Below, one piece after another: positions 22,051-31,504 of a DNA stretch of 64,000 bases. How positions within the stretch are numbered: the stretch's first letter is position 1; every line of letters begins with the position of its first letter. A model generated the notes under the pieces. That model was given only the letters and a program-made list of their open reading frames with translations. It did not search any database and was not told the origin of the DNA. The stretch is from NCBI RefSeq assembly GCF_009834535.1, contig NC_045699.1:43152001-43216000 (forward strand). The letters run 5' to 3'. A program made the translations under genes and the position numbers. The DNA comes from Camelus ferus (Eukaryota).

Positions 22051-22917
22051 TGCCTTTTGACTGCCTTCAGAAGTGTGTGTCTCTTTCTGTCAATCCAGTC
22101 TGTAACTTAAGTCTTTCTTCAGCTCATGGAAATTTCATCTATTATTTAATTATGACCTTTCCTCTCCTGTTCATTTTTCACCAGGAACTCATACAATTTG
22201 CAGTAAATCTCATGGGTCTGTTCCAGTTTCCCATCTTTCACCACATGATTTGCATCTGCATATTTTTGTTACATGTTTTGAGATATTTCACCTATTTGAT
22301 TTTCTAGACCTATTTTTGAGTTTTAGCAGTGACTGTCCTCTCCTCTGATTTATCTATGGACATTTTTAGTTCTAATATCACATTTTCAGGTTCAGGGAAA
22401 TCTGTGTTTGAGTTTCACAGATATCTCCCCCAGGCTCTCATTTTTTCAGAGGTTCTATTTCCTCCAGCAGGTCTCTCTGCCCTCTGATTTTTCTGTATTC
22501 TCCCCGCCTCAAGGGAGTATCCACCATTAGTATTTTGGAGAGTCAGGGAGACTCAGCAAAGCCATTGATTGTTCTTGGGAAGCAGGCTGTTTCTGGGACT
22601 TGCTGCCTTCCTGAAGGTCCTTGCCCTTGGCTCTAGGGCTGTTTTCCAAAACTTGTCTGCAGGGAATTCTCTCAGCCAGGAATTCAACTGAGCCCACTTA
22701 AAGTTCATCACCTACAGCTGGGCATTGTCAGGGTTGTGGAAGCTTCAGTAGAGTTGCCACATGCCCAGGATCCCCTCGCTCTGAGTAGTCTCAATATTAC
22801 TGACAGATACAGTGATATTCAACAAAAGACTTAAAAACAGAAGCCATTAATCCTAGGTGCCTCTAGTGTAGCAATGAGGTGGTGGGATAGCCTTTTACTT
22901 TGTTTTCCCCTCTCTAT

Positions 22918-23132
22918 TAGGAGTTCTCAACTTCGGCACCCTTAACTTTTCAGGCCAGAAATTCTTTGTTGCGAGTGGCTAATCTGTGCATTGTAGGATG
23001 TTCAGCGGCATCCCTGATGTCTATGCACTGTAGACCAAGAGCACTCCCTCTCCAGCTGTGACAACCAGAAATGTCTCCGGATATTGCCAGATGTTCCCAG
23101 GGGGCAAGGTCACTTCTGGTTGAGAACCACTG
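22918..23132 (-). mobile_element. MER20 hAT-Charlie MITE
   Basis: Near full-length match to MER20 with TIRs (gttctcaac ... gttgagaaccactg) and tgcattgtaggatgtt..gcatccctg core. Confidence 0.85.
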
Positions 23133-23619
23133 TTGTATATCCTTCAGTTCTATTGTTTTTTTACCATGTGTTCAACTATTCCTATAATTAAACATTTAAC
23201 TGAGATCATAGGACAGAGGAGGAAATATAAAGTTGTTTTGAGGAAGCAGAATCATGCAGTAGAGAATATACAGTAAGGGATGGGGAAGTAAGTAAGCAAA
23301 GTGGGAAGAAATCTGGGACTAAAAGAGGCAGAGACAGAGCATCTGTCACAGGACTGGAGGAGGAGTGTGAAGACCCGCATCCTTCTGTCACCAAGGTCCC
23401 CAGCAATGCTGAGATCTGAGATCCAATAACAGTCTACACAGGCCCAGTCAGATCATAGCCGCTGTTCTGGGATTCCCATTCCATCCAGCCTTCTAATTAC
23501 TCCAGGTGTCCTTACAATAAACACTCCTTCACTTAAGCTAGGCTAAATGAGTGTATTCCTTATAAACAAAGGCCCTGCAGGCTTAGTGTCCAATAAAGAG
23601 ATGTGCCCCTACAGTTTCA

Positions 23620-24100
23620 TGTCAGCTTTTATATTCATTTTGTAGCACCACGCTTTGAGATACTCTAGTCAAGAGAAAGAAACAATGGGAAGGATGAGTA
23701 GGCTGCAAACTAGGTCTGTAAAAACCAAAAAACAAAACTGTAAAAGGAACTTTAGAAAGCTTTTCCTGGGAAGAAAAAAAAATAAAAAGCCTTAGCCCAT
23801 TCATCAGGGCTGGCTCCCAGTTCCTCCAGGGCTGTAATATACAGGACAGAGAAGGCTGTATGATTGTAGCTCAGGAGACAGAACTGGTGACAAAAGTAAC
23901 AAGGAGGCAGATTTTGGCTCCAAAAAAAAAGTTCTATCAATAAGAAAGATTGGAAATGAGGGTTTGGTAAGGTAGTGAGCTCCCTATCTCTGGGAGTGTT
24001 TAAGAAGCTCATAGGGTGCTTCCTGCAGTGGATATGATAAATTTGGGTCAGATCTTTCAGCCTCCTTCCAGCTATGTAATTCTAGAAATGTAAAAGGCTG
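23620..24100 (+). mobile_element. L3/CR1 LINE 3' fragment
   Basis: gcaccacgctttgag...ggaggcagattttggctc...aggtagtgagctccctatctctgggagtgttt. Confidence 0.6.
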
Positions 24101-24284
24101 GCAAGAGACTAACTCACACAGTAAGCAGAAATATCTTAGCGTCAAATGGCATGATAGCACATTTAAGTCAGTCAGAGGAGGCTGGCTGGTGGAGCAGTTG
24201 AGCAATAAGAGCTTAGAGGTTTAGCATCTTCAGCTGGCCCTGTTCAGCTGGTCTTTCCCCACAGAATTAGTCAGAGGAGGCTTG

Positions 24285-24460
24285 CAAGAGAGAGGAAATC
24301 TAACTTAGTCTGACTTAAGGAAAAAAAGTAAATTCATTAGCTCACATAACCAAAAAGTTCAGGATCTAGCTCTGAGCATGGCTGGATCCAAGGTTTCAAA
24401 TGAAGTCATTAAGACTTGATTTCTCCTCATATGCCAGCTTTGTTTCCCTCCTTTGTAAGG
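24285..24460. mobile_element. MLT1J/K-like LTR fragment
   Basis: ttgcaagagagaggaaatc...ttagctcacataac...aagttcagg...catggctggatccaagg. Confidence 0.5.
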
Positions 24461-25099
24461 AAAGCCACTTTGGAAGTTTAGATTCATCTTGACAGAGTGC
24501 AGATCAAGGCCAACATCGGAGGGGCCTTGGCTGAATGGCTTCCAAGGTGGGCTCCCTCCCTACCTGTAATTCCTTAAGAATTTCTATTACTGAACCTTCA
24601 ACCGTTTCAAAGACTCTTATGCTTTGGGTGTGGGGCTTATTCCTATGCTTCCAGCTCAGATCTCATGAAGAGGGGAAAAGCTGGGGCCCCAGAAGGCCCT
24701 AGTGGCTTCCCCTAAGGATTAGCCCCTGGGAACTTGCCAGCGACAGGACCTTCCTTCTGGCTGGAAACAGACACCAGTGAGGGGAGTGGGGCCGCTAAGG
24801 AAAGCACCTGGAGCTGTGGAAGGAGAACTACCAGGTATTTGGTTAGATGAATTGACCAACTAGCGCTATATGGCAAGGGAGACCCTTGGAAGGTGTCTGA
24901 GGTAGATCTGGCTGCCCCGGCTTATTTCCTAGACGTAGGGATCAATTAGTAAGTTGCCACCGTCCTGGCGTTCAGTCCTGAGAACCTAGGCTACGGCACA
25001 AGCCTCGGTGATGGAGGTAAGAAGGTAAGAAAAATTAAAGGGTTGTAGGGGAGAAAGAAGGCAGAGGATCCAGGCTTTGGGAACAGTAAGGAAAACAAA

Positions 25100-25620
25100 G
25101 TTAAATCGCACCCAGCCTCAGAGTCCGCTACGTTCTGCGAACTTGGTAAGCGACAGCTCTCAAAGCCCCTGGGCCAGAGGTCCACGAGTTCCCAGGAAAG
25201 ACTCTGGGGCGGCCCCGCCCTTTCAGGACTACATCTCCCGGCGTGCTGTGGGATGGACAGAATTACGCCTGCGCAGAGGTGGTGATGAGACCGCGTTGCG
25301 CCAGGTGGGGGCGCTCGGGCCTTGGTCCTGAGCGAGCGGAGGCAGCGGGTCAGATTATCCCGGTCGAGAGAGGGGTTCTGAAAGCGTTTGAGACCGCGGC
25401 TGCGGTTCCCTGCTCATCCTAGGAGGTTTGCAGGACCCCAGCTCCTGCTTCTTCCAGGGTCAGGGTCTCACGCCTCTCAGGCGGCGGACACATTGAGCCG
25501 CCTTCAGCACAGCAGCTCTCGGAACGCCACATCCCGCTGCCAGTGGTTCTGCGCATCCGGTGCCCGCCCCCAAAGCCACCCTCCCTCCCACACAGCCCTT
25601 GCTGCCTTCCTTTAATCGCG
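25100..25620. promoter_or_regulatory. Orphan CpG-island promoter (Sp1 + ZNF143/SBS + NRF1-like)
   Basis: GGGGCGG/CCCCGCCC 25206-25220, GGACTACATCTCCCGGCGTGC 25226-25246, ACGCCTGCGCA 25265-25275; no coding exon adjacent. Confidence 0.7.
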
Positions 25621-26207
25621 ACTGGGGCATTTTCTGGGGAGGCCCAGGTTGGGGTCCTCAGAGGGCCAGGAAGCCTGGGGCATTTGGATTATTGTGTGTG
25701 TGTAGAGGCGGGTCCCTGTTCTCACTGGGACCACTGGGCTGGTCTGAGGCGCAAGGCTCCCTACTCAGTGGTTTTCTCTGAGATTCTAGGTGGGAAGGAG
25801 GGAAGTTGGAAGTAAAAGCCACAGCTTCCCCTTTCTTCTGCTCAAACCTCAGAAAGGTCTGTCAAGAGGTCTACAGAGGCTGTAGGGGGAAATGGCCCAG
25901 ACCTCAGGTTGTGGGGGTGGCCCTGAGGAATGTAGGTCAGAGGCTGCGGAGCTTGCAAACCCCGGTGATGGGAGTGAGGTGGCTCTGTGTGTACATCGTG
26001 GGGATCTTCTAGCAGCAGCTGGGTCCCGGCCCCCACCTCTAGCTTCCACCCCTGCAGCATGGATGCTGTGGCCCCTCTTGGCCCCTCTTTCCCAGGTAGC
26101 TGTCCCCAGACTGCTCTGTGCAAAGAGCAGAGTTCACACCCCCACCATGTGGGGCCCATTGCAGGTGTGCAGCTCTCTATGTAAAATCAAAACACTTTTT
26201 CAGAAGT

Positions 26208-26213
26208 TTTATT
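26208..26213 (-). terminator. SIT1 poly(A) signal AATAAA
   Basis: tttatt on the + strand about 550 nt past the SIT1 stop. Confidence 0.8.
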
Positions 26214-26766
26214 TAAAAATTTAGGGACATGACAGAGGCAGCAGGATGGAGACCAGTATTCTGCCAGGGTCCTCAGATCAGAAGCCAGGCTTGGGTTCCT
26301 CAGGTCACTGAGTTCCCAGACCCCTCCAGCCTGTGGGCTCCTGAGGAGGATACCCATCTGTGTCTTCTTACCCCCTCCCCTCCCCCACTTCCTGTGTCTG
26401 ATGAGACACTGAGGTTTAAGGGTTAGACTATGAGGGAGTCAGAGTGGGGAGGATCTGGTTAACTCTGGAAGAAGGAGCGAGAACCTGGGAGGAATAGATA
26501 TAGGAAAAAAAGAGAGAGAGAGGTGGGGAGGGGGCCACTGCATTTGCCTCCTCCATCCTCAAGAAACTGAGGGCCTGCCGTACCTCTGAGATGTCTCCCT
26601 CACAGCTCAGATGGGAAGTTCGAGGAACATCACCCCTGAGACTGAGCAATGGCTGCCTGTTTTTAGAGGATGGTTAGGAAAGGTCACGCCCCGGAGAGCA
26701 TAGCAGTAACTTCTACAACAGAGGAGACGGGGCAAATGCATGCCCCACTGTGCCAGGCTCTCCATC

Positions 26767-27738
26767 TCAGCTGGGTGCGGGCTGGCTGTTGGCGTAGGCC
26801 TGGTCTGGAAAGGAAGCCCGGGCTCTGCGGGTCTGGGCACACACTGAGGCGTAGAGCTCCGGCTCGGGGCCCGACGCCTGGGGCTTTGGCTCAGAATCCA
26901 GCACCACCTCCGAGTACTTGATGGGGCTTCCAGGGCTGGGGATCCGACCCTGAGGAGGCCGCAGCTGCAGGCTAGTGTAGCACATCACCTCCTCTGCAGC
27001 CTGGAGATGCAAGACTGTTAGAAGTTCACTGGACCCTAGAAAAATCCCCCACTTCCTTCCCTCCCCTCTTCTTCAGCTACAACTGACTTACCCTGGCGGG
27101 GCCTCCAGGTGTTGGATCCTGTTGGTCTGGCCCTGGTTCTTGAGACAGCCGTCCTGGGACAGGGAACAGGAATCTGGTCACTTCTCATTCCTCCCCCTGC
27201 ACCCCCTCATCCCACACACCCAGGACCTGACCACTGTTCCCCTCCCGTCTGCCAGCTTCCTACCTGTCTGCAGATAATGTAGGTTCCCATACAGAGGGAC
27301 ATCTTCCACAGACTCTCCAGAGCTGCAACACAGAGTTTAGGGGATTAGTGGGGACTTCTTGGTAAGAGGGAACTCTTGATCAACCCATCTCTGTTACCCC
27401 CCACTCACCGTCCGTTTCCCAGATGGTTCTTGCTCCGGCCACTAGTCCACTGGGACAAGTGCACAGCCAATGAGATGAGAAGCAGCAGTGTCACAGCTCC
27501 TAAGAGGGCCCACAGTACCGAGCCCTCGGTCAAAGAGGGGATTCCTGTGGATGTGAGAGGTTGTGGGGGTTTTACTGCCCAGCCTACCCCTCCAGGTCCC
27601 AGCAGGTGGGACATGGGGCCACATGACCCCTCCTCCTGCCCCTGCCCCGCCCAGCTCACCAGGTGCTAGCCGATCCGTATCCGTGCAATTGTCACTTCTG
27701 CTCTGGACTGCTAATGTGGAAGCCAGAACTGCAAGCAT
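26767..27738 (-). CDS. SIT1: Signaling threshold-regulating transmembrane adapter 1, 189 aa from the first ATG
   Basis: Exons 27738-27660, 27544-27409, 27322-27264, 27153-27092, 27000-26767 (570 nt). NCT sequon plus Cys, TM LWALLGAVTLLLLISLAVHL, tyrosine motifs YGNL, YTSL, IKYSEV, YASV, YANS. Confidence 0.95.
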
Positions 27739-28579
27739 CCTGCCCTGAGCGGAGGGGCTAGCCTGGTTTATGGCCTGACAGCTGCTGCAGTCCCCCTTAC
27801 TCCCACCCCTCCCTGGACTTGGCCCCCACAGCTCAGCATCTCCAATACTGGTGGTGGCAAAGTCACCGGTTTCCGGGGAGGAAGGGGGAGGGGAAGGATG
27901 AGTGAAAGAACAAAGACACCGCCCTGTGCCTGCACCTGCACCACCCCACAGCTCCCAGGCTTCCGCCCCCACCCTAGTCCCCAGGCCTTGCACCCTCTTC
28001 AGGCATAGAAGATAGATGCAGGCTTCAGTTTACTGAATCACTGGGCAGGTGAGCTCATGAAGACCTTGACGGGGGCAGAAGTGGCTTGAGGCAGTACCAA
28101 TAAGACAAGGAAGCCAGGCCTTATGACAGAGATTCCTTTCTGCCCCAGCGTGTCTGCTTTTTTCTCCAACTCGGAATCCCATGACAGAGAATGTATTTCT
28201 CAATGAACATGCTCTGAAGTGCAGTGGGATGGGGAGGCCCCCCTGATACCTACAATCTCACCACACCCAAAGTCTGACCCAAGGGACGTGTATTAAGATG
28301 ATCTTTGTCATTGTTACTATTACTGGTATAATTGTTTGGGGGATACAGGAAGCTTGATTTCCTCCTCCTGACCCACTTCGTCCAACTGTCCCTAAGAACC
28401 CTTAATCTCAAAAGTTAGTTGAATTAAAGAAAACTGCCCCAGTCCTATCCTGGGCAATAGCCCTGTCTTTGCACTTGTTCACTTCATGGAGCGGTGGGGT
28501 ACCTGCCCTGCCCCGAGACAGCCCAATGATGTGGGAAGTTATTGATGTGGGAAGAGGGATTTTCAGTTCCTAATATAAA

Positions 28580-29720
28580 CCTTAGATCAGAGGTCAGAAA
28601 TATGTTTTGTCTGGCCCATACAATGTTTTTAAAAATTTTTTAATTATTTAAGTAATGTGCTAGGGATGGGGATGGCGGAGGTCCTACCCCTCCCCGCAGG
28701 CAATAAGACGGTATTGTCTATAGAGAATTGAAAAACAAAATTGACTGAAATTCAGTATCTTTTTATCACCATGTTCCAGCAATTCTAAAAAATACCAATG
28801 ATAAAATATTCCTTTCTGGAAAATATTTTGTAGATCTATGTTCCAAATTGCTGCGGTTACTGATGAGTTTTTTTTTTTTTTAATGGTATCTCTTTGGGTT
28901 TGTTTTTTTTAAACTTTTTTTTATTGGGTTATGGTCATTTTACAATGTTGTGTCAAATTCCAGTGTAGAGCACAATTTTTCAGTAATACATGAACATATA
29001 TATTCATTGTCACAATTTTTTTTCCCTGTGAACTGATGAGTTTTTAATACCATATAAGCTTCAAATTAGCATGTTTGTATTACTTATCTTTTAAACATAA
29101 TCTACATGGAACCAAGTTATACAACTGGCTTCTGACACAAGCAGGTTCATCTACATGTGTTTACATCTAGAATTAGTTCTTAACAATTTGGAATTGTTCT
29201 TTGGTTTGGGCACAATTTCAGTCTCTAACCCCTATGCTATTACATATTCTTGCAGTTAACAAGTAGGTTTAAAATAAACAATGATAGCACAGTGATTGAA
29301 AAGCCAAATAAATTGAGCTTGAGTTACTTCAATTCTGTCATTCTAGGTAACCACTTACTTTTTATTTATACTGAAAATTTCTGGAATTTATTGTGAAAAG
29401 GAATTTTTATGAATCTTTGCCAAACATCCTTATGTTTAAGACTTTTCCTATTTGTATGTCTGTTGCTTCATGTGAAGGAAATTTTTTTGAAATGAAGATA
29501 AAAATAAGGTAGTCTTTAATCAACTATGTATGGAAATTGACAAATCTAGCTATATTCTCTATTGGATATAAATATGCAAAGATTACTTTTGACAAATTTG
29601 CAGAAGTTAACTCTAAAAAAAGAAATTAGTGTTATTTATCAGACAGGTTAAAATGTAGGTATCAGGTTTTTGCCCCTTTCTCAAAAAATACAATAATGTA
29701 ACTAAGAAATACTAACCCAT
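28580..29720. mobile_element. Old DNA-transposon relic (hAT-like, family not assigned), split by a young L1
   Basis: Repeat-like AT-rich sequence that continues on both sides of the L1 TSD; family assignment uncertain. Confidence 0.4.
28873..29031 (-). mobile_element. Young, heavily 5'-truncated camelid-type L1 with 14-bp TSD
   Basis: TSD actgatgagttttt at 28859-28872 and 29032-29045; TT/AAAA target; 3' end (aattgtgctctacactggaatttgacacaacattgtaa) shared with the 42.7-kb L1. Confidence 0.9.
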
Positions 29721-29764
29721 GACCCTTTCTTGTTTTATATCTTTAATTTTTAACAACTCTTTAA

Positions 29765-29850
29765 TTTTTTTTTTTATTGAAGCAGAGTTGATTTACAGTG
29801 TTCTGTTAGTTTTTGGTGTATGGCTTAGTGGTTCAGTCATACATATATTT
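29765..29850 (-). mobile_element. Cetartiodactyl-type L1 3' end
   Basis: T-tract then tattgaagcagagttgatttacagtgtt..ttagttt..ggtgta..tagtggttcagtcatacatat. Confidence 0.65.
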
Positions 29851-30867
29851 TAACTACTTTTTTATATTGTCATGATTATATCTACAGAGTTCAATTAAAA
29901 AGAGTAATTCACTGTCTGAATTTCTGGCCCTTATTATTATTACTTTTCTGTACCCTATTATTTGTTTCATTTCCTGATTATTACTGAAAATAATTTTGTC
30001 ATGTGGAAGAGGACTTTTTAAAAATGATCCACTCAGGTGTCAAATATGCAAAATATGTCACTGATTCCTTCTCAGCACTAAAAAAATGAGAGATTTGCAA
30101 CTTTAAAAAAATCTCAATTTGTTGATCTTTTGGGGAAAAAATGAGAAGACCTGAAATAGTGAACCCTAATTCCCAAAAGGCAAAAGCCAGCTGGGAGCCA
30201 TTTATCATATTATACATGGACCGAACCACTTATTTACATTGATTTTGTCAACTGGCTTAGAGTCGGGGTTTGGACTACTCCGCTCTGCAGCCCAGGCTGC
30301 CTCTGGGTAGTCGGCTAGAGGGACATTTCTGGATGCGGGTCTCTCTCTGCCCCTGCCTCCTTATTAAACACATGTTCCTTATTCATGAAATACACAATAC
30401 GGATTGCGTGCTTATGTGCCAAGCTCTGGAGATACAAATGTGAGTGGGAAATGGTTTCTTTCCTCCAAGAGTTTTTGGTCTGATTAGGAAGACGACCCTA
30501 TGTACCGCAGACAATTAAAAGACAGTGTTGAATGGAGGAAAACTACCCAAGTCGGCCTGTAGAAGTCGTGGAAGGCAAGGAGGGGGAAGGGCTGGGGTGG
30601 GTGGGGATGTGAGGCAGATGATCGGGAGACAAAAGGGTTGAAATCTCCACCCGGCTTCTCACCTGATTACTAACTTAACCTTCCTGAACCTTAGTTTCCT
30701 TATTCTTTAAAATAATTATGTAATATATATCATATACCTGTTGGGTCGTTTTGAACAGATTAATTTCATTCACCGAGGATTCACGGCAAAGAAAGAGATA
30801 TGGCCCCTGATCTCATGGAATTTACAATCTAGCGAGTAGTTCAGGGGTGTAACTTGCAACTAAAGGT

Positions 30868-30872
30868 AAAAA
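30868..30872 (-). terminator. Pol III T5 terminator of RMRP
   Basis: ...CAGCGCGGCTA-TTTTT on the minus strand. Confidence 0.85.
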
Positions 30873-31151
30873 TAGCCGCGCTGAGAATGAGCCCCGTGTG
30901 GTTGGTACGCGCGTAAGGCGCACTGCCTGCGTAACTTTAAGATCTGACGGATGACAACCACCTACAGCACGCCGCTCGGCTCCCCGCAAGGGCGGGTTCG
31001 CTTCTTGGCGGTTTTAACCGTGAAAGTAGGGGGAGGTCTACGTGCATGCGCACGCGGCACTCTCTGCCAGAGGTCCGGGGACTTTCCCCTAGGCGAAAGT
31101 AAGGAACTAGTCCCTCGTGTGTTGCCTAGGAAACAGGCCTTCAGCACGAGC
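30872..31151 (-). ncRNA. RMRP: RNase MRP RNA (~280 nt)
   Basis: Minus strand GCTCGTGCTGAAGGCCTG...GCCTAGGGGAAAGTCCCCGGACC...GGCAGAGAGTGCC...AAGAAGCG...GTCATCCGTCAG...ACCAACCACACGGGGCTCATTCTCAGCGCGGCT, the conserved MRP regions. Confidence 0.98.
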
Positions 31152-31178
31152 TCTACCAGTAAGTCTCGCGTTCTAACC

Positions 31179-31220
31179 TTTTATAGCACGAAGAGGAAAT
31201 TAAATTTTTCGTTAGGGTGA
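31179..31220 (-). promoter_or_regulatory. RMRP type-3 Pol III core promoter: TATA and PSE
   Basis: TATAAAA at 31185-31179 (-28 to -34) and TCACCCTAACGAAAAATTT at 31220-31202 (-51 to -69). Confidence 0.9.
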
Positions 31221-31362
31221 GGATTTTGGTGGCATGGGAAATAAAAACAACTATCCGGTATATCTTCCTGGTAGGCTTCTGGAGACATTCGGGCTGAACA
31301 ATACCTAAATAGAGCTAAGAAGTGAACAACTCTTAAATGAACTAAAGAGGGCCCAGAGGCCT

Positions 31363-31455
31363 ATGCAAAACTAGCCCCACCCACACGCTGGGTGGGCGTG
31401 GCCTCTCTGGAGGCCGGAGGGGGTGGGCGGGGACGCGCGCGTGCGCGCATGGGTG
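31363..31455. promoter_or_regulatory. RMRP distal element merged with the CCDC107 promoter
   Basis: Octamer variant ATGCAAAA at -212 to -219, SPH/GC-box-like sequence, GGGCGGGG and an NRF1-like GCGCGTGCGCGCATG. Confidence 0.6.
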
Positions 31456-31504
31456 CGTCCGGCCAAAGGCGGTGCTACCCGGGTTGTGCCGGTTTCGGCC
31501 TGCA

